Shown here one piece after another: positions 1 to 8,087 of a stretch of 64,000 nucleotides of DNA. Under the pieces are notes generated by a model, which had not been told where the DNA came from, made no database searches, and was given only the letters and a program-made list of their open reading frames with translations. Position 1 is the first letter of the stretch; every line of letters begins with the position of its first letter. The DNA comes from Spirochaetes bacterium GWB1_36_13. GTDB taxonomy: Bacteria; Spirochaetota; GWB1-36-13. The DNA lies in NCBI GenBank assembly GCA_001829155.1, contig MIAO01000011.1, positions 2,723-66,722 on the forward strand, written 5' to 3'. Both the position numbers and the translations under genes were made by a program.

Positions 1-1294
1 AAAGTTCAGAGTCCATCACCTTCAAGTGAAAAGGTATGGTGGTTTTAATTCCTTCAATATGAAACTCGGATAAAGCTCTTTTCATCCGCGTCAAAGCTTC
101 TTCCCGGGTAGTGCCCCATACAATCAGCTTTGCAAGAAGAGAGTCGTAAAAAGGCGGCAGATTGTACCCTTCATAAATATGAGTATCTACTCTGACTCCA
201 AATCCTCCGGGAATAACTAATCCCTTGATTTTTCCAGGGTTCGGCATGAAATCATGATCCGGGTCTTCTGCGTTGATTCTGCATTCAATAGAGTGCCCTG
301 AAATTTTTAAGTCTTCCTGTTTAAAAGGAAGTTTTTCTCCCATCGCTGCCAGAATTTGGTATTTCACAATATCAATACCGGAAATTGCTTCACTGATCGG
401 GTGTTCTACCTGAATTCTTGTATTCATCTCAATAAAATAAAACTCTCCGCTATCCTGGTCATAAAGGAATTCCATGGTTCCGGCGCCTACATAGCCGACT
501 TCCTTGACCCCTTTTACAGCCGCAGATCCGATTTTATTCCGCAGTTCCGGTGTAAGTATCGGAGAAGGAGCTTCTTCAATTAACTTTTGATGTCTTCTTT
601 GAACCGAACAGTCTCTTTCAAAAATATGGAGAATATTTCCGAAGGAATCGCCGAGAATTTGGATTTCAATGTGTTTTGGATTTCCAATATATTTTTCCAT
701 ATAAACCGCAGCGTTTCCAAAAGCTTTTTCAGCTTCGTTTTTTGCCTGAGCGAAATTGACAATCAGTTCTTTTTCATCCCGGCAGACCCTCATTCCGCGC
801 CCGCCCCCGCCGGCAGTTGCTTTGATCAAAACCGGATAACCAATTTTTTTGGCTTCTTCTCTTGCGTGAACATCATCATCCAGCAAGCCTGTTCCGGGAA
901 CAATAGGAACATTCGCTTTTTCCATGGTGTCTCTGGCAGTCGCCTTGTCGCCCATTTTGTTGATGATTTCTTTGCTCGGACCGATAAAAACAATGTTATG
1001 TGCTTTGCAGATTTCTGAAAAATTGGCATTTTCAGATAAAAAACCGTATCCAGGATGAATCGCATCCGCTCCGGTAACTTCTGCAGCGGCAATAATTTGC
1101 GGTATATTTAAATAAGATTCAGAGGCTTTCGGACCTCCGATACAGATTTTTTCATCAGCTACTTTAACCGGAAGGGAGTCTCTATCGGCAGTAGAATAAA
1201 CAATAACTGTTTTCAGCCCCAGTTCTTTACAGGCACGAATCACTCTGAGCGCGATTTCTCCCCTGTTGGCTATTAAAACTTTTTTGAAGCTCAC
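1..1294 (-). CDS. accC: Acetyl-CoA carboxylase biotin carboxylase subunit (3' end outside window)
   Basis: Not in the ORF track. Manual translation from GTG at 1294 gives [26 protein letters not shown], then [27 protein letters not shown] and [10 protein letters not shown]. The start overlaps the upstream stop (GTGA). Confidence 0.95.
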   Translation of the reverse strand, partial: MSFKKVLIANRGEIALRVIRACKELGLKTVIVYSTADRDSLPVKVADEKICIGGPKASESYLNIPQIIAAAEVTGADAIHPGYGFLSENANFSEICKAHNIVFIGPSKEIINKMGDKATARDTMEKANVPIVPGTGLLDDDVHAREEAKKIGYPVLIKATAGGGGRGMRVCRDEKELIVNFAQAKNEAEKAFGNAAVYMEKYIGNPKHIEIQILGDSFGNILHIFERDCSVQRRHQKLIEEAPSPILTPELRNKIGSAAVKGVKEVGYVGAGTMEFLYDQDSGEFYFIEMNTRIQVEHPISEAISGIDIVKYQILAAMGEKLPFKQEDLKISGHSIECRINAEDPDHDFMPNPGKIKGLVIPGGFGVRVDTHIYEGYNLPPFYDSLLAKLIVWGTTREEALTRMKRALSEFHIEGIKTTIPFHLKVMDSEL

Positions 1295-1722
1295 ATTTCC
1301 TCCTTGATTTTTAAAAGCACTTGTTCATATTCAACAATGCCGTCGTTTTCTATATTCATTTCTACTATCGATCCATTGATCGGAGATACGATTTCATGGG
1401 CAATTCCCATGGATTCCACAAATCCCAGAATTTGATTTTTCTTCACAGGCATATCCAATACCAAAGGATGCTTGCCGTATTTAAATTTTCCGACATAAGA
1501 AGACATCACTTTAAAGAGTCCGTCATCTGTCTTATCAATTACCGCCCCTTCTGTTACAGCTGAATGGTGGGTATAGGATTGAATGGTCTGAGAGATCTCC
1601 TGTCCTTCCAGTTCGTTCTTTTTTTCAAATTCAAGGTATTTTCTCCATCCTAAGTCAATCCGAATGTATTTTGCCTTGCTTTTCTTAAAAGCATCCAGTA
1701 TGGGTTTGATAATTTCCTTCAT
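1291..1722 (-). CDS. Biotin carboxyl carrier protein-like protein lacking the biotinylated lysine
   Basis: Sits between efp and accC (the accB position). C-terminal biotinyl-fold [24 protein letters not shown]...[10 protein letters not shown] has ESMGI in place of EAMKM. Confidence 0.8.
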   Translation of the reverse strand: MKEIIKPILDAFKKSKAKYIRIDLGWRKYLEFEKKNELEGQEISQTIQSYTHHSAVTEGAVIDKTDDGLFKVMSSYVGKFKYGKHPLVLDMPVKKNQILGFVESMGIAHEIVSPINGSIVEMNIENDGIVEYEQVLLKIKEEM

Positions 1723-1725
1723 AGG

Positions 1726-2283
1726 TTACGCCCTTTCCACATATTGAGCATTTTTTGTGCTGATTTTAACTTTATCGCCCGTATTGACAAAAAGAGGAGC
1801 CTGAATCTCAAGTCCTGTTTCCAGTTCAATGGTTTTCATAACAGTTCCGACCGTATCTCCCCTGACTCCCTGAGGCGCTGAGGTGACTTCCAGAACAACA
1901 TGGGAAGGAAGTTCAATGTCAATAATCTGTTCTTCATAAAAACGGACGATGACTTCAAATCCTTCTTTTAAGTACCAGAAACGGTCTCCGAGGACTTTTT
2001 TGCTGATCGGAGTCTGCTCATAATTCTCCGTATCCATAAAAATACAGTTTTCGCCTTCACTGTAAAGATACTGCATCACTCTTTTATCAATAAAAACATC
2101 TTCGACTTTTTCACCTGCCGGAAGTCTTTTTTCAAGAATATTGTCTGTATCAAGGTTTCTTAAAGTGGCTCTGACGAAAGCTCCGCCCTTTCCGGGTTTG
2201 TAGTGCTCATGATCCACGACTTCAAAGAGAACCCCGTCCAGTTTTAAAACGATCCCTTTTTTCAAATTATTTGTATTAACCAT
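1726..2283 (-). CDS. efp: Elongation factor P
   Basis: KPGKGGAFVR loop, YLYSEG, FMDTENYEQ, GVRGDT, LETGLEIQAPLFV...YVERA. Confidence 0.97.
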   Translation of the reverse strand: MVNTNNLKKGIVLKLDGVLFEVVDHEHYKPGKGGAFVRATLRNLDTDNILEKRLPAGEKVEDVFIDKRVMQYLYSEGENCIFMDTENYEQTPISKKVLGDRFWYLKEGFEVIVRFYEEQIIDIELPSHVVLEVTSAPQGVRGDTVGTVMKTIELETGLEIQAPLFVNTGDKVKISTKNAQYVERA

Positions 2284-2452
2284 TCTACCCTCTTTCTATT
2301 AAAATAACCTGTGTTTGTTTTAATTAAATTTTTTTTATGAGGAATCCTTTCAGATTCTTCACAATAAATTTAATTATAATCATTAAAAGTATATTAAATT
2401 TAGAATTTAAATTTAAAAAATATAAAGAATATTTCGAAAAAAGAGAAAGAAA

Positions 2453-4825
2453 ATGCTGAAATCTATTCCCAAAAGAAATTTTGAAAATATTCAAAAGCTT
2501 GAAAACTGTGTTCTTGAAAGTCTTTTAGTAGGGATTTATCTTTTTGAAGAAGACCTGATTTATGTTAATTCAAAATTTTCAGATTTTTTCGGATTTCAAA
2601 GAGAAGAAATCGATCAGACTCCTGAAATGATGAAAAAACTGATCCCTGAAAACTATACTCTGGTTTACCAGCAGTTCCAAAAAATCAGACAAGGGATTCT
2701 TCCTTCCTTTTTTTTTAAGTTTGAAGGAATGACAAAAAAGGGAGAAAAAGTTTTTGGCGAATCCCATGCTTCTTTGTATCAAAGCGAAGGCAGAAATTGG
2801 GTTATCGGTTATATCCGGAGTATCAGTCATGAAAAAAAATTGAATCAGGAGATAGAAAAACTCTTTTCTTTTCCTGAGGAAAATATCAATCCGGTCATTG
2901 AAATCGATATTCACGGCAAAATAACCTACGCCAATAAATCAGCTTTAAAAACCTTTCCTGATCTGAATCAGAAAGAAGGAAACCATCCTGTTTTATCTGA
3001 AGTTGTCCGCATTATTCATTCACGAGAAAAAGAAAAAATCAGCGATTTTCTGGAAGTTTCCTTTCAGGGAAAACATTATGAGGAAAGAGTTTTTTTTCTT
3101 GAAAATTTCGGGATGTTTAAAATATATTTAATCGATATTACAGAAAGGAAAAAAGCGGAAGAAAGGCTTTTTCTGGAAGACCAGATGTTTCAGAATACCA
3201 CAGAAGGGATATTAATTACTGATTCAAAAGGGATCATTATCTCAGTCAACCCCGCTTTTACGACGATCACAGGCTATAAAATGGAAGAAGTACTGGGGGA
3301 GAGTCCGAGGATTTTAAAATCTGACCGCCATAATGATGATTTTTATCAACAAATGTGGGATGCTATTTTAAATGACGGAAAATGGCAGGGCGAAATCTGG
3401 AACCGGAAAAAAGACGGCACTGCTTATCTGGAATGGCTGACCATCAACTTGATCAAAGATAAAAATGATGAAATTATCTATTATATCTCTATTTTCAATG
3501 ATATCAGTAATATTAAAAAATTTGAAAAAAACATTGATTTTCTTGCAAATTATGACCCTCTCACAGGACTTGGAAACCGGGTTCTTTTTCAGGACAAGCT
3601 TTATATTGCAATTTCCCAGTCGGAAGACCTGCCTAAAAACATTGCCATTCTTCTTTTCAATCTGGACCGTTTTAAAAAAATCAACGACACTCTGGGAAAT
3701 ATCATCGGCGATTTGGTATTGATAGAGACTGCGGCAAGATTAAAAAAAGTTTTCAAAGACAATCAGACCCTTTCAAGGGTTGGCGGAGATGATTTTGCAG
3801 TTGTCCTCGATGATTTTTCCAATCTTCAGGATACAGTGCGTATCTCAGAACAGGTGCTTCAGGCAGTTTCAGAGCCTTATCAGATTCATCACCATGAATT
3901 ATTTATTTCGATGAGTATTGGAATCAGTCTTTATCCTTTTGACGGGGAAAATTTAAACCAGCTCCAAAGAAATTCAGAACTGGCCATGAACAGGGCAAAA
4001 CAAAACGGCGGCGCCCAGTACCAGTTTTTTGAACCTCATATGAATGTTCAGGCGATTGAAAATCTTCTTCTGGAAAATAAATTAAGAAAAGCTTTAGTAC
4101 AAAATGAATTTCTTGTTTATTACCAGCCTCAGATTGATGTGAAAACTGAAAAATTAATCGGGGCTGAGGCGCTGATCCGCTGGAAAGAACCTGATCTTGG
4201 CATTGTCCCTCCCGATAAATTTATTCCTTTAGCGGAAGAGATCGGACTGATTATACCGATCGGAATGTGGGTTTTTAATACAGTCGCTGAACATCTGGAA
4301 GAATGGATCTCGCAAGGAATGGAAAACTTCAATATTGCAGTCAATCTTTCGGGTATTCAGTTCCGGCAGGAGGATCTTGTCTTGATTATTGCTCAGGTTC
4401 TGAAAGAAAAAAAACTGGATCCTAAGTATCTGGTGCTTGAAATTACTGAAACCATTACCATGAATAATCTGGGAAATGTGATTATGAAACTTCGGCAGAT
4501 TAAAGCCTTGGGGATCAAAATAGCGATGGACGATTTTGGAACAGGGTATTCCTCATTGAGCTATCTGAAAGATTTTCCGATTGATAAATTGAAAATAGAC
4601 AAGTCTTTTATGAAAGATATTCCCAAAAACAAACAAGATATCGCGATTATTGAGACTATCATTACTTTAGGGCACAGTTTGGGTCTTGAAGTTGTGGCTG
4701 AAGGCGTCGAGACACAAGAACAGCTCGATCTTCTCAGAGAGAAAGGCTGTGATATTATTCAGGGATATTTTTATGGAAAACCGATGCCAAAAGAACAGTT
4801 TGAAAAAGAATTTCTAAAATTTTAA
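2453..4825 (+). CDS. PAS-GGDEF-EAL c-di-GMP signalling protein
   Basis: Several PAS domains (WQGEIWNRKKDG), YDPLTGL, GGDDF, EAL, DDFGTGYSSL, EGVET, QGYFYGKP. Confidence 0.93.
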   Translation: MLKSIPKRNFENIQKLENCVLESLLVGIYLFEEDLIYVNSKFSDFFGFQREEIDQTPEMMKKLIPENYTLVYQQFQKIRQGILPSFFFKFEGMTKKGEKVFGESHASLYQSEGRNWVIGYIRSISHEKKLNQEIEKLFSFPEENINPVIEIDIHGKITYANKSALKTFPDLNQKEGNHPVLSEVVRIIHSREKEKISDFLEVSFQGKHYEERVFFLENFGMFKIYLIDITERKKAEERLFLEDQMFQNTTEGILITDSKGIIISVNPAFTTITGYKMEEVLGESPRILKSDRHNDDFYQQMWDAILNDGKWQGEIWNRKKDGTAYLEWLTINLIKDKNDEIIYYISIFNDISNIKKFEKNIDFLANYDPLTGLGNRVLFQDKLYIAISQSEDLPKNIAILLFNLDRFKKINDTLGNIIGDLVLIETAARLKKVFKDNQTLSRVGGDDFAVVLDDFSNLQDTVRISEQVLQAVSEPYQIHHHELFISMSIGISLYPFDGENLNQLQRNSELAMNRAKQNGGAQYQFFEPHMNVQAIENLLLENKLRKALVQNEFLVYYQPQIDVKTEKLIGAEALIRWKEPDLGIVPPDKFIPLAEEIGLIIPIGMWVFNTVAEHLEEWISQGMENFNIAVNLSGIQFRQEDLVLIIAQVLKEKKLDPKYLVLEITETITMNNLGNVIMKLRQIKALGIKIAMDDFGTGYSSLSYLKDFPIDKLKIDKSFMKDIPKNKQDIAIIETIITLGHSLGLEVVAEGVETQEQLDLLREKGCDIIQGYFYGKPMPKEQFEKEFLKF

Positions 4826-4841
4826 TAACCCGGGGGTATAT

Positions 4842-5264
4842 ATGAATGATGTCAGTATGATGAATCTGGATGAGCTGGAAAAAGCTTTAGTGTATTTCAC
4901 CATTTTAAAGAAAAGAAAAGAAAAGGAATTAAAGGAAATTGATCCTGAAATCAGCGAATGGATTGAAAAAAAAGAGCTTGCCCAGACAGAAAGTCAAAGG
5001 ATGACAGCTTTAAAAGACATCGATGAACTGAATGGGAAAAAAAATGTTTTAGAACAGGAAATAAAAGGATTTCATGCTGAAATAGATGCCTTGGGAGAAG
5101 CTTTGTACCAATTTTCAGAACGCCTTCTTTTAAACGGCTCCAATCTTCTGGAAAGAATTGAAATCATGCTGAATATCCGTTTTAAGGACATGCAGGTGGA
5201 GAAAAAATTTCAGGAAATTGAGCTTCAGGAAGATTTAAATAAATTAAAAAACAAGAAACCGTAA
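4842..5264 (+). CDS. Hypothetical coiled-coil protein (weakly PspA-like)
   Basis: 140-aa charged helical ORF, coupled to fliR by a TAATG overlap. Confidence 0.65.
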   Translation: MNDVSMMNLDELEKALVYFTILKKRKEKELKEIDPEISEWIEKKELAQTESQRMTALKDIDELNGKKNVLEQEIKGFHAEIDALGEALYQFSERLLLNGSNLLERIEIMLNIRFKDMQVEKKFQEIELQEDLNKLKNKKP

Positions 5265-6043
5265 TGCTGCCTTTTATCATCGGAATTCAAGTTTTCGCCA
5301 TTGTTTTTGCGAGAATTATGGGGCTTATGTCATCAACCACGCTCTGGGGGAGCAATCTGATTCTGGTTCGTTTCAGAATGCTTTTGTCTTTTTTAATCAC
5401 CCTTCTCCTTTTCCCGATGGTCAGAGAAAAATATGCCGCGCTTTTTCCTGTGGAATGGGAAATGTTTTGGTTCATGATTTTAGTAAACCTGATGATCGGG
5501 CTTTTATTTGGTTTTATGATTTCTATGTTTTTTTCTATTTTTCAGGTGGCCGGGCAGTTTTTATCGTTTCAGATCGGTTTTTCCATGAGCCAGGTTTTAG
5601 ACCCTATTTCGCAGGAGGAAATACCTGTTCTGGGACAAACTCTGGCTCTTTTGGCTCTGGTCGTTTTCATCGCCTTAAACGGACACTTGATTTCAGTGGA
5701 AATTCTTTATAAAAGTTTTTTCAAGGTTCCTCTAGGAGACTTTTTTCAAAAAGAATACGGGCTGGTTATGGACAAAGCGGTAGAAGCTTTCAGTTTTATG
5801 TTCAGCGCCTCGCTTCGGTTTTCCATTGTGATTATAGGCAGTATTCTGATTGCCACCCTTTTTGTCGGTCTTCTGGCAAAGGCATCTCCTCAGATCAATG
5901 CGATGATTTTCGGATTTCCTCTTTATATCGCCATCGGGTTTCTTCTTTTAAGCTTTCTGGCGGTGAACATGGTCAATTTTTCCAGTAACTATATTCAGGG
6001 ATTTTTTTCAAAACTTTTTCAGATGGTCACCCATTTAAAGTAA
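5264..6043 (+). CDS. fliR: Flagellar export protein FliR
   Basis: Polytopic membrane protein with AGQFLSFQIGFSMSQVLDP, NGH and KASPQINAMIFGFP motifs. Confidence 0.92.
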   Translation: MLPFIIGIQVFAIVFARIMGLMSSTTLWGSNLILVRFRMLLSFLITLLLFPMVREKYAALFPVEWEMFWFMILVNLMIGLLFGFMISMFFSIFQVAGQFLSFQIGFSMSQVLDPISQEEIPVLGQTLALLALVVFIALNGHLISVEILYKSFFKVPLGDFFQKEYGLVMDKAVEAFSFMFSASLRFSIVIIGSILIATLFVGLLAKASPQINAMIFGFPLYIAIGFLLLSFLAVNMVNFSSNYIQGFFSKLFQMVTHLK

Positions 6044-6237
6044 AAGATCAATATCTGTTTTATGTTTCAGATTAATGAGTATTGAACGATCCTTTTTACT
6101 TGGTTTATCTTTTCAATTACTTCGCCTTAAGGATAATTTTCAGAATGAAATAAGCCTGTTAAATATTTTAAAAAGGTTTTAAAAACTGCCTGGAAAGCAT
6201 TAAATTTAATGTCATTAATGACAAAAAGGAGTAAGAG

Positions 6238-7281
6238 ATGCCGAGAACAGCAGTTGTGGTTGGTACGGGCAGCTATGCGCCAAACAACATTGTAACGAAT
6301 GAAGACATTATCAAAAAATTTGAGAATGCTCGAATCCCAATGGGAAAAGATAAGACTGTCAGCGGACGGGAATATATTGAGGGCATGGCGTCAAAAGTCG
6401 GATACAAAACCCGCAGAAAAATCGGGAAATCGGATGAAACAACCGCTACCATGTGCGTAGAAGCGGGAAAAAGAGCTTTAACTGATGCAGGATTAAAGCC
6501 AGAAGACATTGATCTGATTATCCTTGCAACTGATTCTCCTGACTTTATTTCTCCTCCGACCAGTTCCAGAATTCAGTTTGAACTGGGCGCAAAAAATGCA
6601 GCTTTCTTTGATATTAATGCAGCTTGTGCTGGATATACAATTGCTCTTTCAAATGCCTGGCAGCAGATCAAAGGAGATCCGACTCTGAAATATGTAATGG
6701 TTTTAGGCGGATATGGAATGAGTAAATACTCTGATCCTGACGATATTCTGACTGAGTTTATGTTTGCGGATGGAGCAGGCGCTCTGATTCTGAAATCTGT
6801 AGAAGATTCCCAATACGGAATTCAGGCTTCCAGCATGCAGGGGAACGGAATGTACTGGGACTATATGGGAATTTACGGCGGCGGAACCTGGAAAGGATTT
6901 TCTGAAGAAGTTACTTCCAAAAGACTTCAGTATGTCAAATTCTTAAAAGGATTCCCAGCTACAGTCAATATTGAAGCATGGCCTGCCCTGATCAAGAAAA
7001 GTCTTGAAAAAGCAAAATGGACCACAAAAGATGTTGACCTTGCGTTTTTTACTCAGGTAAACCTTGCGGTAATCAATGAAGTCTGTAGTATTTTAGGATG
7101 GGATCCAAAAATCTCTCATAATATTATGGATGTTTACGGATACACAGGATCTGCCTGTATTCCAATGGCAATTGACGATGCCAATAAAAAAGGCCTCTTA
7201 AAAGCCGGACAAAAAATTTCTATCTGTACTTCAGGCGGCGGAGCTGCTTTTGCAACCATGGCATTGACCTGGGGCAAATAA
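6238..7281 (+). CDS. 3-oxoacyl-ACP synthase III (FabH-like) protein with a non-canonical active site
   Basis: GTGSYAP, AFFDINAACAGY (catalytic Cys), FADGAGA and C-terminal GGG..WG. The His and Asn positions read TQVN and YGYTGS. Confidence 0.88.
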   Translation: MPRTAVVVGTGSYAPNNIVTNEDIIKKFENARIPMGKDKTVSGREYIEGMASKVGYKTRRKIGKSDETTATMCVEAGKRALTDAGLKPEDIDLIILATDSPDFISPPTSSRIQFELGAKNAAFFDINAACAGYTIALSNAWQQIKGDPTLKYVMVLGGYGMSKYSDPDDILTEFMFADGAGALILKSVEDSQYGIQASSMQGNGMYWDYMGIYGGGTWKGFSEEVTSKRLQYVKFLKGFPATVNIEAWPALIKKSLEKAKWTTKDVDLAFFTQVNLAVINEVCSILGWDPKISHNIMDVYGYTGSACIPMAIDDANKKGLLKAGQKISICTSGGGAAFATMALTWGK

Positions 7282-7301
7282 ATCTTTTTTTACGGGGCTG
7301 T

Positions 7302-7904
7302 TCAAACAGCCCCTATAATCTTATATATAATAAACACAATCACAAAACCCATAAATAAATAAAAAGTCCTTTTAAAATACTTTTCAATTGTATTTTTGAT
7401 TCTCTCTCCATAATAATAAAAAAGAATACTGAAAAGATAGTAGCGGAATGTCCTGCTGATGAGAAGGACAAGAATGAAAAGCGGCAAAGAAAACTGAAAG
7501 ATCCCGGCTGAATAGGTATAAAGAAGAAAAGGCAGGGGAGTAAACACACTGGTCGCAATGGCCCATATCCCATATTTATTATAATAGAATAAGAGTGTTT
7601 TCCAATTTGATTCATCAAGGAAGTGAAAAGAGATCAGAAGATCCTTGACTTTATCAGAGAAAAAATATCCCAGAAGGTATCCCGCAATCCCTCCCAGAAC
7701 AGAAGAAAAAATAGTAACAGGAGTGAAAACAAGAATCCCTTTTTTAGGATTACCGAGGCAGAGGGGGAAAAAAAGCATATCGGTGGGAACGGCAAAGAAA
7801 AAAAATCCTCTGAGAAAAGTATTCAAAAAAAGAATAATAGCTGATAATTTTTTCTCACTGAATAAAAGTATTTTATGATAAATACGATACGATGTTTTTA
7901 ACAA
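7302..7904 (-). CDS. DedA/YqaA (VTT domain) membrane protein
   Basis: SVLGGIAGYLLG, FTPLPF, SRTFRY motifs and hydrophobic helices. Confidence 0.85.
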   Translation of the reverse strand: MLKTSYRIYHKILLFSEKKLSAIILFLNTFLRGFFFFAVPTDMLFFPLCLGNPKKGILVFTPVTIFSSVLGGIAGYLLGYFFSDKVKDLLISFHFLDESNWKTLLFYYNKYGIWAIATSVFTPLPFLLYTYSAGIFQFSLPLFILVLLISRTFRYYLFSILFYYYGERIKNTIEKYFKRTFYLFMGFVIVFIIYKIIGAV

Positions 7905-7933
7905 TTTGTTTTCCTGTATTCAATCTAAAATTT

Positions 7934-8009
7934 AAAACTAAAGTATAATGCTTTTTTCACAGTTTTCAAACCGGATTAAAAAAAGATAAAAAAATTAAAC
8001 TATAGTACT
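7934..8009. promoter_or_regulatory. Two copies of a putative operator (AAAACTAAAGTATA 7934-7947; TAAACTATAGTACT 7996-8009) upstream of the PHB depolymerase
   Basis: Matches the boxes upstream of the three lipase-family genes. The proximal copy lies 92 bp before the ATG. Confidence 0.65.
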
Positions 8010-8087
8010 ATGGATATATCAATCAAAAACCCGTATTATTAATTATAGGTATGATAAAAAATTAAAAATTTTAAAGGGGATAGCAAA

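Noticed and set aside
356..1092. Short ORFs in the track (356-583, 580-762, 587-1018, 826-1092)
   Set aside because: They are shadow frames of accC. The same applies to the many short ORFs overlapping gltBD, guaA, recA and other long genes.
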